DNA of 64,000 nt. It comes from Vicinamibacterales bacterium (GTDB lineage Bacteria > Acidobacteriota > Vicinamibacteria > Vicinamibacterales > UBA8438). The stretch is from the NCBI GenBank assembly GCA_965204175.1, contig OZ241978.1, positions 4,121,330 through 4,185,329 of the forward strand, written 5' to 3'. The notes under the pieces are model-generated. The model saw only the letters and a list, made by a program, of their open reading frames with translations, did not search any database and was not told the origin of the DNA. Position numbers and translations under genes: made by a program. Shown one piece after another: positions 47,099 through 57,674 of the stretch (positions are counted from its first letter, which is position 1; each line of letters opens with the position of its first letter).

Positions 47099-47690
47099 GC
47101 CGTCGCCAGGCCGCCCGCTGGCACGCGAGCGACGGGCCTCGCCGTCGCCGGGCAGCTTCTGCCCGCGCCCGCGGGTACGGCGACCGCCTGGGAGGCGCCG
47201 CTGGAGATCGTGGCGACGCCGGCGCGGATCTCGCTCAAGGACGACGGTGACCGAACGCTGGCAAACCCGTTGGGCCGGGAACGGACGTCCGGAAAGGCGG
47301 CCATGTGACCGCCTTTCCGGCGCCGCCCGGCTCGCATCCGGTTCGGGCCGCGCGGAAGCATGCCAATCCCGCGGTCACTCGAGGCCGTCCCCGGTAAGCC
47401 TCTTTCGTTGTAAGTGACTGAAGCGCAATGAGAAGAGCTTCGTAACGCGGCTGCCGCACTGCTGCCGGCCAGCCGACTCCGGAAGGCCATCGATGAACTG
47501 GCCACGCCGACGCGCGTATGCTCGTACCGCATCGCTCGATCTTTCTCAGCCGACACGGCATCGACAGGCGGCATGCTCGGCCGACATCCCGTCCGCCCGG
47601 CCCCGACACTTCCCAGACGGACACGTCATGCCACCGATCCTTGACGGTCGCCCCTCGTCGACACGATCGTCGGTGGTCTACACTGGAACC

Positions 47691-48659
47691 ATGGTCGAGC
47701 TTCAATCCGATGCTCTCGTCTTCCGGTTTCCCGAGGTTCATCCGCAGGCTGTCGGCCGGGTGAGCTTCCAGCGTACCTTGCGGATCCCCGACGACAACCG
47801 GGATCACCCCTTGCCGCCGGGTTTCGGCAACTTCCCGCTCCTGCGCGTCGATGACTACGCGGAGGCTGTGCCGGCGGACTGGCGCTCTCATGGCGGCGTC
47901 TTCCTCCCCATGTACCAGGCCGAGGCCATGTGGCTCTGCTTCGGGGGCGACTATCCGATGGCAGTGCAGGTCGCGGCCGGCAAGATCGATGCCCTTACGG
48001 GTGATCAGTGGGCTCCGAGACTGACGGGCGAGCCTCAGAACTACCTGGTGGTTCCAGAGCAGCCGTGGCTCGATGGCTTCTGCGTGTCGAAGGGTCTTGT
48101 GCGTCAGTTCGTCGCCATGCCGCTCGGCGACGGGTATACGGCGGAGGAACAGCTGAGTGGTACTGGCGAGCACGGGGGGCTGCAGCTTGCCGTTCAGCCG
48201 CTCAAGGCTGAGCGGTACGAGCGCGTCTCGCGCGCCAGCAGTGAGTTTGCCGTCGCGTGTCCTGCCCCACAGAGTTCGATGGGATTGGCTCCGGGCGGTC
48301 TCATGCGGCAGCAGATCTACGAGGACGAGTACGGTCTGGATGCCTGGGAGCCCTCCGCGCGCTCGCGCTGTTTCGTGCACATCCTCAACAGTGTGGACTT
48401 TCTCCGCGTGACCGGCGCGGAACCGCCGACCGAGCCGCCCACCGCGCGGGCGTACACCGACGCCGGCATGCCGTGGTTCGAGTACTACGCGGCGGACCGG
48501 ACGGCGCTGGCCGGCGCACGCAAGCTCGCGGGTCTGGACAGTGTCGCCTCTGCGCGCCTGAAACGGGGTGACGGCATTCTCGCCGGCAACGAACCGATTC
48601 CCACACCCCAGGTGATTCACCTGGGCAGTCGCTCTGGCGTGCGCGAGGGACAGTTCTGA
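47691..48659 (+). CDS. Conserved hypothetical protein (FQRTLRIPDD motif)
   Basis: FQRTLRIPDD..LPPGFGNFPL, PMYQAEAMW, QNYLVVPEQPWLDG, VRQFVAMPLG, GMPWFEYY; natural protein composition. Confidence 0.8.
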   Translation: MVELQSDALVFRFPEVHPQAVGRVSFQRTLRIPDDNRDHPLPPGFGNFPLLRVDDYAEAVPADWRSHGGVFLPMYQAEAMWLCFGGDYPMAVQVAAGKIDALTGDQWAPRLTGEPQNYLVVPEQPWLDGFCVSKGLVRQFVAMPLGDGYTAEEQLSGTGEHGGLQLAVQPLKAERYERVSRASSEFAVACPAPQSSMGLAPGGLMRQQIYEDEYGLDAWEPSARSRCFVHILNSVDFLRVTGAEPPTEPPTARAYTDAGMPWFEYYAADRTALAGARKLAGLDSVASARLKRGDGILAGNEPIPTPQVIHLGSRSGVREGQF

Positions 48660-49189
48660 TCGTCGGGCTGCCAGAACGGACCGGCATGACCGCTGTAGCG
48701 TCCAGGCTCACTGTCGCGCCAGCGGGCGAGCCGGCACAGGACACAGTGTCCCAGCCGTTTCCGCTGTCGATCCGGTCAGCGCCGTCGCGACGTGACCGGC
48801 ATCGGGACCAACACCGCCGTGCGACGTTGTGGCACAGGCAGGCCGACCAACAACGAAGTGCGCGGTTGCTGAGTAGCCGGGTCTGCGGCATCGCCTGCAT
48901 CCCTGGCCCGATGGCTGCGTCAACATCGGCTGCCGCGCCGACCCCGAGCACGCCCGGGCGCGGCACGCTCGAGACGGCCCCTCGGCCGTCGTCGAAGCCC
49001 GCCGCCGGCCGCGCGCCGTAACCTGCCTGACGCCGCCCGCCGCCGCCGGCCGCCCCCCTTTCCAACTGCCTGGCAAGAGCCCGTCGCGCCCGAGTTCCCA
49101 AATTTCCGAATTGCCACCCGCGCGGGCACCGTGCCGACCGTCGCCGGTGATGAAGCCCACGCCTCGCCGATGGACGCGGTCTGGATGAT

Positions 49190-49395
49190 CGCGTCGAGGT
49201 CCGCCGCGGCGATCCCAACCAAATGGCCGCGGTCGCCGATGCGCTCGAGTTCGCCGGAGGACCGGCCCACCGACGCGCAGATCGAGGCCGTGCTCGACAA
49301 GTTCAAGCAAACGGCTTGGGCCGGGCTCCAGCCAGACCGGTACGCGTCGACGGCCATGTAGCACCGCGAGGGCGGCGGCGGCGTTCACGTCGACG
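49190..49395 (+). pseudogene. Relaxase/mobilisation nuclease fragment
   Basis: RGDPNQMAAVADALEF / PEDRPTDAQIEAVLDKFKQTAWAGLQPDRY..*HREGGGGVHV; frameshift and stop. Confidence 0.65.
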
Positions 49396-49399
49396 ACGA

Positions 49400-50250
49400 A
49401 GAGGACGAATCGTCGCCTGACACCGGACGCGTCTTTTCGGAAGCGGGCAACGACCTCGCCTCGCTACCGCTCGACGCGCTGCTCGGAAGCGCCGCGACGT
49501 CGCGTGCCATCGTCTCGTGGTACTGCAACACCGACTTGCTCGGCGTCGACGCCACGTTCGAATCGTCCGTGCGGCGATCGACCGCGGCGGACGAGCAGCT
49601 GGCGGTCGGTCTGACCAATGTCGTCTTCGACCGGGATCTGTCGGTGCGCGACGTGTCGGTGCGTCAGGAGTTGGTGTTTTCCTGTTGCGGCGGAGCACAT
49701 CCTCGACATCGGGATCGAGTTGCACCGGCTTGCCTACGGCGCCGGCCTTTCCATTACCGGCGACCGCAACGAGACCGTCGCCAACCCGTCCAGCGTCCGC
49801 GGAAGGACCGGACTTCCCGATACCCTCGACTCGTCGCTCGGCGGCACGCGCGGCGGAACCTGGATTCAGGACCGCTACACCGTCCAGTCCGCGACTGTCG
49901 ATCGAGCCGGGGCTGCGGCTCGACTGGAGCACGGTCAACGGCGACGCCGTCCTGTCGCCCCGTTTCGCGGCCACGCTCGCGCTTGGCTGGGAGAGCCGTT
50001 TGCGCGTCGCCGGCGGGCTCGCCCGAGCGCGCGTCGCGGCAGGGGTACATGCAGAGCCTCGGCTACGAGAGGCTCATCCAGTCGGAACTACTTCTTCGAC
50101 CTGTCGTCGAGTGTCGTCGCTACTCTGCGCCACGAGCGTGCCACGCACCTGGTCACCGGATTCGAGAAGGACCTCGGCGCCGACACACTGTTCCGCGTGG
50201 AGGGCTACTACAAGACGTTCGCGGATCTCATGGTCGGCGGTCTCGAAAAC
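49400..50250 (+). pseudogene. TonB-dependent receptor internal fragment
   Basis: Frameshifted beta-barrel-like segments: LSIEPGLRLDWS..LSPRF, HLVTGFEKDLG..FRVEGYYK. Confidence 0.55.
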
Positions 50251-50275
50251 CGAGGCGATCGGGCAAGGTGCTCGT

Positions 50276-51877
50276 TCACACTGGCCGACGAGCGGTGTCT
50301 TGTTCGGCCACATGCGCGGCAAATCCGGAGCCGGCTCTTTCGTAGATGTTGAAGACGACCGACGCGCCAGCCCGCATGAGCGGCTCGATCTCATCGTGGA
50401 ACCTGGCCGTGGCGGCGACCCGGCCCCTGAACGAAGCGGCCCTGAGCTGGTCGAGCACGGCGAGACTTGCAGTCAGGTTCGGCAGCGCCAACATGACGAG
50501 GTCGACGGTGTTCGTGTCCTGAACGCGATCCCAGAAGTCCGAATCGCTCGGGTCGCCGAGCAGCACGTTGAGCCCCGCCGACTGGTGGTTCCCTACCGTC
50601 TTCGGATCGATGTCCACGCCGACGACCGTTTCGCCGTACCGCCGATGCATCGCTTCGTAGGCCCCGGCGCCGATGCGGCCCATACCCAGAATGAGGGTAG
50701 TCGCCCCCCTGGTGTCGAGCAGCCGGTCATCGGCGAGACGCTCTCTTCGCTCCAGACGGCGCCACGTCGCCCGATATCCCGTGTAGATCCGATCGGCGAC
50801 CGAATCGACGCCCGCGGCGACGCCGCAGGAGAGGGAAAGCGCGACCGCGATGACGCTCAACCAGAGGCTGTCGATCCAGCCGTTGGCGACGCCGACGGCG
50901 GCGACGATGAGACCGAACTCGCTGAAGTTGGTCAGGTTCAACGACGCCAGCAGCGATGTTCGAGCTCGCAGCTTGAATCCCGCCAGCAGACCCAGGAAGA
51001 GAGCCGACTTGAGGAACACCAACGGCGTGACGGCCGCGCCGATGAGAACCACCTCGGTCGTCAACGGCCCCGACACTCCGATGGAGAGGAAGAAGCCGAC
51101 CAGGAACAAGTCCTTGAAGCCGAGCATGGTCTTTGTCAACTCGTCGGCCCTGTCGTGGCTGCCGATCAGCACGCCGAGGACGAGAGCGCCCAGGTCGCCC
51201 TTCAGGCCCACCAGCTCGAATGCTTCCGCTCCACCGAGGGCGAGCAGGAAGCCGTAGAGGACGAGGAGCTCGCCATGCCCGACGCGCTCCAGGACCAGGG
51301 TCAGCAGCGGCCGCAGCGGAATGAGAAGCAGCAACAGCAGTGCTCGGACGGTAGGCCACTCGCCGGCCGCGAGAGCCAGAAAGACGACGGCGGCCACGTC
51401 CTGCACAATCAGGATCCCCACCGCGATGCGGCCGTGCAGCGATGCCGTCTCGCCTCTTTCTTCGAGCACCTTGACGACGAACACGGTGCTGGAAAAGCTC
51501 AGCGCGAAGGCGATCAGCAGGGCCCGGGGGAAGTCGATACCGGTCAGGAAGGAGGCGCCAAGAAGGGCCAGCACATGGATGGCCGTTCCGAGCACCAGAA
51601 CGACAATCGACATGTGCACGCTGGCAACGGCCCAGACCTGCGGGCGCGCGATGGTCCTCAGGTCGAGCTTCAGGCCCACGAGGAACAGCAACAGCGTGAT
51701 GCCGAGGTCCGACAGCTTGTCCAGCATCTCCCCGCTGACGGTTCCATGCAGGTTGAGCAGAAAGCCCGCGGCGAGGAAGCCGACCAGCGGCGGCAGCCCG
51801 ATGGACCTGGACGACCAGCCCAGCACGAATGCCAAGGCGATCCAGGCTACGTCTTGCACGGCGATGGCGATGTCCAT
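50276..51877 (-). CDS. CPA2 cation:proton antiporter with a TrkA-N domain (Kef-like)
   Basis: LPPLVGFL, SFSSTV, LIVQD, FFLSIG, SEFG, ILGMGRIG. Confidence 0.9.
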   Translation of the reverse strand: MDIAIAVQDVAWIALAFVLGWSSRSIGLPPLVGFLAAGFLLNLHGTVSGEMLDKLSDLGITLLLFLVGLKLDLRTIARPQVWAVASVHMSIVVLVLGTAIHVLALLGASFLTGIDFPRALLIAFALSFSSTVFVVKVLEERGETASLHGRIAVGILIVQDVAAVVFLALAAGEWPTVRALLLLLLIPLRPLLTLVLERVGHGELLVLYGFLLALGGAEAFELVGLKGDLGALVLGVLIGSHDRADELTKTMLGFKDLFLVGFFLSIGVSGPLTTEVVLIGAAVTPLVFLKSALFLGLLAGFKLRARTSLLASLNLTNFSEFGLIVAAVGVANGWIDSLWLSVIAVALSLSCGVAAGVDSVADRIYTGYRATWRRLERRERLADDRLLDTRGATTLILGMGRIGAGAYEAMHRRYGETVVGVDIDPKTVGNHQSAGLNVLLGDPSDSDFWDRVQDTNTVDLVMLALPNLTASLAVLDQLRAASFRGRVAATARFHDEIEPLMRAGASVVFNIYERAGSGFAAHVAEQDTARRPV

Positions 51878-52135
51878 GGTGCTCTGATTCGGGTTGTTTG
51901 CGGGGGAGGGCGAAATCCCACGCCACGCTCAAGCACGTCGTCCGCCGTCGGCAAGGCCGCTGGGCATCGTGGTCTGCGCAGCCGTTTGCGGCCGCGACGC
52001 CACGAAACAGGGCGACGACGACCACGAGGGCTCGCGACGCACGGTGCTGACCGCAACGGGGGACGCTCAGCTTCTTCTTTTCCAGTCGAGGCCGCCCCAC
52101 CCCTATCGGCCAAAGGGCGAGAACGGCCCGTGGTC

Positions 52136-55100
52136 TCAGGAGCCGGCTCCCGCAACCCTGGCCGCGCTCCTGCCGGGCGCCTGCGCCGGGGGCGCCGGCA
52201 CGGCCGCCGGCTCGTGGCCGCCGAAGACTCGCCGCATCGTCCGGCCGGCGTCGTCGAGGATCATGTACGCCGTTGGCACGAGCACGAGCGTGATCGCGGT
52301 CGCAAACAGCACCCCGAACCCGAGCGAGACCGCCATCGGCACCATGAAGGCGGCATCGAGGCTCCTGTTCCACATCAGCGGCGCAAGGCCGAAGAAGGTG
52401 GTGAGCGACGTGAGCAGGATCGGCCGGAAGCGGTGGGCGCCGGCCTCGCGCACCGCGAGCGTCAGGCCGGCCGTCTCGAAGTCCCGCCGGTCGGCCGGAA
52501 CTCCTCCGGCCTGCCGCACCAGGCGCCCGACGCCGGCGTGCGCGCTCCGCGCCCGGTTGATGAAGTCGACCATGATCAGGCTGTCGTTGACCACCACGCC
52601 GGTCAGCGCGACCAGCCCGAACATCGACATGATCGACACGTTCAGCCCCAGGAAGACATGTCCCCAGACCGCGCCGACGAGCCCGAACGGGATGGCGCTC
52701 ATGATGATCAGCGGCTGCACGTAGGACCGCAGCGGCACCGCCAGCAGCGCGAAGATCATCAGCAGCGCGAGCGTGAAGCCGCGCTGCAGCCCGCCGAGGG
52801 CGTCACGCTGCTCGGCCATCGCTCCCTCGAACGTGTAGAACACGCCGGGGTGACCGGACAGCACTTCGGGAAGGATGCGCGCGTTCAGGTCGGCGATGAC
52901 GGCGTCGGCCGATGTCGCGCCCGGATCGATCGAGGCGGTGACGTTGACCGTCCGGTTGCGGTCCACGCGCCGGATCGACGCGAACCCGCGTCCAGGCTCG
53001 ACGACCGCGACCTGGCTGAAGGGCACCTGGCCGCCGTCCGGGGTCCGGATGCGCATGTTCTCGAGGTCGCCGAGCGAGCGGCGCTCGTCGCGCGGATAGC
53101 GGACCATGACGCGTACGTCGTCGCGGCCCCGCTGGATGCGCTGGGCCTCCTCGCCGTAGAACGCCTGGCGTACCTGGCGCCCAAGGCTCTCGAGGGTGAG
53201 GCCGACGGTTTCGGCGGCCGGCTTGATGCCGAGCTTCATCTCCTGCTTGCCGGCGCGGAACGAGTCGGTCACCTCGTAGACGCCGGCGTAGCCTCGGAGG
53301 CGCTGCTTGACCTCCTCCGCCGCGCCCCGCAGAACGTCGACGTCCGGGCCGGCGAGCTGCACGTCGACATCGCTGCCCGCGCTCAAGCTGCCCAGCGCGA
53401 AGTCGACCTCGACGGCTTCCGGGATCGGCGCGGTCGCCTCGCGCCACAGCAGGCCGAGCTGCTCGCTGCCGTAGGCGCGCGCTTCCGAGGGCAGCAGCTC
53501 TATCGCCACCTCGCCCGTGTTCGGCGACGTGAAGCTGCCGACCGCGGGACCCGTGGGGCCACCGCCCCGCGCCGCCATCGGCCTGTCGCCGACCGCCGCC
53601 AGCACGTGTCGGAAGTAGTCCCGGCCGGTCTCCTCGAGCAGACGCCGGCGTAGCCGTGCCGCCCCCGCCTCGAGCTTCGCGACCGCCGCCGCCGTGGCCT
53701 CGACCGGCGCGCCCTGCGGCATCGTCACCGAGGCCGATATGACGTTGGCCTCGATCGAGGGCATGAAGCGGAAGCCGGGACGTCCCGCCAGCACCATCCC
53801 GATGGTGACGACCATCACCCCCACGCCCACCGACGCGGTCACGTACCGCCACCGCAGCGCCGTCTCCAGCAGGGGGCTGTAGACGCGATGCGCGAGATGC
53901 GTCAGCCCGTTCGCGAAGACCCGCTGGAAGCGCCGCCACGGTCCCGGTCGGACCCGCTTCGGGATGTGCGACAGGTGGGCCGGCAGGATGTTCAACGACT
54001 CGAGCAGCGAGAACAGCAGGCACGCGATGACCACCAGCGGAATCACCCGGAACACCTTGCCAAGAGTCCCGGGCACGAACAGCAGCGGACTGAACGCGGC
54101 CACCGTCGTCAGGACCGCGAACGTGACCGGCTTCGCGATCTCGTACGCCCCCTCGATCGCCCCGCGCATCCCGTCGCCGTGCTCCTCCTGGTGCCGGTAG
54201 ATGTTCTCGCCCACGATGATGGCGTCGTCGACCACGATGCCCAGCACCAGGACGAAGCCGAACAGCGACAGCACGTTGACCGAGACGTCGACGCCCGGCA
54301 TCAGCGCGATGGCCCCGAAGAACGAGATCGGGATGCCGAGGCTCACCCAGAACGCCAGGCGCAGCTCCAGGAACAGCGCCAGCACCAGGAACACCAGCGC
54401 GAACCCCGCAACGCCGTTGCGCAGCATCAGAGAGAGCTGGTTGTTCAGCGACTCGGCGTCGTTCTGCCACACCGTAAGGGTCACACCCTCGGGCAGGCGC
54501 CCCCGGGCCCGCTCGACGTACGCCGTGGCGAGCGCGGCGATCTCGACCGCGCTCTGGTCCCCCGTGCGGAAGACCGAGACCAGCATCGTCGGCTCGAAGT
54601 CGAAACGGGCGTACTGGTCCGTCTCCTCGAAGCCGTCGACCACGGTCGCCACGTCGCCCAGCCGCAGGCGGCTGCCGTCGGGCCGTGTCCACAGGATCAG
54701 GTCCTCGAACTCGGCCCCGCGGTACGCCTGTCCGATGGTCCGCAGCAGGATCTCGCCCCCCTCGGTCCGCACCGACCCGCCCGGCAGGTCCAGCGACGAG
54801 CGGCGCACCGCGTCGGCCACCTGGTCGAACGTCAATGCGTGGCGCCGCAGGGCGTTCTCCGAAACCTCGATCGAGATCTCGTAAGGAGGCGCGCTCACGA
54901 TGTCGACCTGCGTGATCCCGGGGATCGCCGTCAGCTCGTCGCGGACCCGCTCGGTGACCTGCTTCAGCGTGAACGGGTCCATGTCCCCGGAAACCGCGAT
55001 GTCGACCACCTGCAGCCGGTTCGTCAGCTCCCGGACGATCGGTTTCTCGGTGTCGACCGGGAAGGTGGTGATGGCGTCGACGTTGTTCTTCACCTCGTCG

Positions 55101-55417
55101 ACGACGCGGCGGGCGTCGGCCCCCAGGTCCAGCTCGATCGTCACCGAACCCGCCCCCTCATACGCCGTCGAGCGGATCTGCTTGATGCCGTCGATGCCCT
55201 CGATCGCCTCCTCGATACGAACGTTCACCGCCGACTCGACCTCCTCGGGGGCGGCGCCGAGATACGGAACCTCGACGCTGATCCGGTCGAGCTCCATCTC
55301 CGGGAACACTTCTTCGTTGGCGCTCGTCGCCGCGAGGAGTCCGCTGGCCACGATGAACACCATCATCAGGTTGGCGGCGACCCCGTTTCGCGCGAACCAC
55401 TCGATCATGGCGTGCAC
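52136..55417 (-). CDS. RND efflux permease (AcrB/AcrD/AcrF family)
   Basis: WFARNGVAANL, GIVVDDAIIVGENI, GVVVNDSLI, RFRPILLTSLTT; GGGGAGG RBS before GTG 55417. Confidence 0.93.
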   Translation of the reverse strand: MHAMIEWFARNGVAANLMMVFIVASGLLAATSANEEVFPEMELDRISVEVPYLGAAPEEVESAVNVRIEEAIEGIDGIKQIRSTAYEGAGSVTIELDLGADARRVVDEVKNNVDAITTFPVDTEKPIVRELTNRLQVVDIAVSGDMDPFTLKQVTERVRDELTAIPGITQVDIVSAPPYEISIEVSENALRRHALTFDQVADAVRRSSLDLPGGSVRTEGGEILLRTIGQAYRGAEFEDLILWTRPDGSRLRLGDVATVVDGFEETDQYARFDFEPTMLVSVFRTGDQSAVEIAALATAYVERARGRLPEGVTLTVWQNDAESLNNQLSLMLRNGVAGFALVFLVLALFLELRLAFWVSLGIPISFFGAIALMPGVDVSVNVLSLFGFVLVLGIVVDDAIIVGENIYRHQEEHGDGMRGAIEGAYEIAKPVTFAVLTTVAAFSPLLFVPGTLGKVFRVIPLVVIACLLFSLLESLNILPAHLSHIPKRVRPGPWRRFQRVFANGLTHLAHRVYSPLLETALRWRYVTASVGVGVMVVTIGMVLAGRPGFRFMPSIEANVISASVTMPQGAPVEATAAAVAKLEAGAARLRRRLLEETGRDYFRHVLAAVGDRPMAARGGGPTGPAVGSFTSPNTGEVAIELLPSEARAYGSEQLGLLWREATAPIPEAVEVDFALGSLSAGSDVDVQLAGPDVDVLRGAAEEVKQRLRGYAGVYEVTDSFRAGKQEMKLGIKPAAETVGLTLESLGRQVRQAFYGEEAQRIQRGRDDVRVMVRYPRDERRSLGDLENMRIRTPDGGQVPFSQVAVVEPGRGFASIRRVDRNRTVNVTASIDPGATSADAVIADLNARILPEVLSGHPGVFYTFEGAMAEQRDALGGLQRGFTLALLMIFALLAVPLRSYVQPLIIMSAIPFGLVGAVWGHVFLGLNVSIMSMFGLVALTGVVVNDSLIMVDFINRARSAHAGVGRLVRQAGGVPADRRDFETAGLTLAVREAGAHRFRPILLTSLTTFFGLAPLMWNRSLDAAFMVPMAVSLGFGVLFATAITLVLVPTAYMILDDAGRTMRRVFGGHEPAAVPAPPAQAPGRSAARVAGAGS

Positions 55418-55919
55418 GGTCGCCTCCCCGCCTCGCGGGCCGCCCCGAGCACAGGCGGCAGGCAGTTCCGCGGGTCCCGGACCTCGTTCCGGTCGGCGCG
55501 CGCTGCTTCGGCCCGCGTCCCGAACCGCGTCAGTTGCCGGCCGCGGCATTCACTGGATCCTGCCGAATGGCGTTCAAGCGGCTCTACAGCAAACGCCGGC
55601 ATGCGGGGAGGGCGCACGATCTGCGCCTGGCAGGCGGAAGTCCGGCATGTCGCTCGGACGGTAAGCATCGCAGGTCGCGTCGCAGACGCCGGTGCGCGAC
55701 GGCTCCTGCAGATCATGGTAGCAACGCTCGTCCCCGCCTGAAGTCCGCCGGCCGCCCTTTGTGGACTCTCGCGACAATCCAGCCACCCGCGCTTTACCCT
55801 CGCTCCAGCGTTCTGAGCGGACTCGGGCGACGGCCAGCGTTGTTGCGCTGCGGCGACCCAACCGCACCGCTCAGAGCTTCGAAGTCGACCTGGACCTGCT
55901 CGAGGACCCACGAGGTGAA

Positions 55920-56726
55920 CGTGAGAGGCTCGCGCCTCCTCGAATTGCAGCCGCAGGCGGCGGGCCACGCAGCGGGTGAGGGCCAGCCACGGGAACTCGT
56001 CCAGCAACGTGGGGCTCAGGAAACCCGGTCCGCCGCCGCCAGGCATGTCATGCCTTCCCGCAGCCACATCTGGGAATACGCCGACCCGCTCCATCATCTC
56101 GCCGAGAAAACGGCGGTCGCCCGTCTCGCCGGCATGGCGCCATGCCGGAATCATGTGGCCGCGTCGCGCCAGGGCCTCCGCAATCCCCCGGTGGAGGCGC
56201 TTCCTGCGGACGGGATCCTGAGCCGCGAGCCGGCGGATGCAATGCTCCTTCAGCAGCGGGTGCAGACGCCACACGGCACCCTTCGGATCTACCGGCACCA
56301 GGAGTCCGTCGAGAGCCGTGAGCGCCTCGACTCGCAAGCGCGTGTCGGTCGATTCGAGGACCTCGTCCACCAGTTCCGTGTCGACCAGTCGGAGACGGCC
56401 AGATCGAGCAGCAGCGCGCGGTCCCGGTCCGGCAGGCCGCGCAGCAAGCGCGCGTCGAGAGAGTCCCGGGTGAGCGCCTTGCCCCGCTCGATGCTCGTGG
56501 CCGTGCCGGCGGACCGCATGCTCCGATCGATGCGCAGCACCACGGGCCACCCGGCCGTGCGGTCGGCGATGTCGTTCAGTTCCCGTCGCATCAGGTCGCC
56601 GCCGAAGAACCGGGCGACCTCCCGTTTCGAGAAGCGGAGTTGTTCGGTGAGAGCGCCGAGCAGCATGGCGCCGAGCACCTGCCAGTGGAGTTTGAGATAC
56701 CAGATGCGATCCTGGTTGATGTCCAT
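55920..56726 (-). pseudogene. Chimeric remnant: symporter-like N-terminus joined to MalT-like regulator fragments
   Basis: KLHWQVLGAMLLG, then LRFSKREVARFF..RTAGWPV, and in another frame WRLHPLL..LHRGIAEAL. Confidence 0.55.
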
Positions 56727-56825
56727 CGGTCCTTGATTCTCCCACGGGGTTCCGCCTCCCGGAGGCATCGCCGGCATCGCCGCAAGCCGCTGGTCCGGCG
56801 AAGGTCCTGTTTCGACGTCTGCTCT

Positions 56826-57674
56826 CTATGGTCGTGTCGACCGCCGTGCGACCGGCGACCCCGAGAGGCTTTGCTCGGTGCCGTCTCCGGCGATTCCGGC
56901 AAGCAGGGCGCTCTGCTCGCGCTGGGCATCCGTGCGGCCAGGGTGGCGCAGGAACGGTATGCCCTTCAGATACAGACGGGCGGCCTCGGCGTGAATCGCC
57001 GCGACCGTCTTCATGGTGACGAGGGGATAGCGCAGCAGCGAACCCGTGAGGTTGCGGGTGGTGAGCGGCAGTCGCCGACCCCAGAGTTGCGCGTCGAGTA
57101 CCCTCCGGCCCTTCTCGTGCTGCACGATGCCCACGCTCAGGCGCTCGCCGACCGGGGGCAGCGTGAAGTCGTAGACGCAGTCCATCCCGAGGAACGGGGA
57201 GACGTGCATCGCCTTGGCGGCGCGAAATCGTGCCGTCACCCTCCCGGAATCGTTCGGCCGGCGGTCGAGCAGATAGAGGTGTCGCTCGCCGAACGTGTTG
57301 TTCACCTCGGCGACGACCGCGGCGAGAGTCCCCTCGCCGTCGTGGCAGTAGTACAGGCTGATCGGGTTGAAGACGTAGCCGAGGACGCGCAACTGGGTCA
57401 GCAACCGGATGCTGCCGCCGCCGAGATGAATCCCGTGCCGTGCGAGCAGCCGCCGCACCTTGCCGGCGGTGGCCCCCGGTCGGCCGTCGAGGTGGTCGCG
57501 GTCGAAGAACGACCACAGGTTCCAGCGGTTGACCGAGAATGTCCGTACCGTTCGGTCGATCGGATCGAGCGCGTCGAGATCCAGATACGCGAGGAGGAGA
57601 CGATAGCGGAAGTCGTGCACGCGGGGACGGTGCCGCCGGTGCCGGACCCAACCGGCGTAGAGACAGGAAGTCAC
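56826..57674 (-). CDS. DUF1365 protein
   Basis: LYAGWVRHRR, GYVFNPISLYY, AEVNNTFGERH, KAMHVSPF. Confidence 0.92.
   Translation of the reverse strand: MTSCLYAGWVRHRRHRPRVHDFRYRLLLAYLDLDALDPIDRTVRTFSVNRWNLWSFFDRDHLDGRPGATAGKVRRLLARHGIHLGGGSIRLLTQLRVLGYVFNPISLYYCHDGEGTLAAVVAEVNNTFGERHLYLLDRRPNDSGRVTARFRAAKAMHVSPFLGMDCVYDFTLPPVGERLSVGIVQHEKGRRVLDAQLWGRRLPLTTRNLTGSLLRYPLVTMKTVAAIHAEAARLYLKGIPFLRHPGRTDAQREQSALLAGIAGDGTEQSLSGSPVARRSTRP

Noticed and set aside
49517-53653. 1378-aa plus-strand ORF
   Set aside because: Mostly an antisense shadow of the antiporter and RND genes; Arg-rich, typical of high-GC DNA
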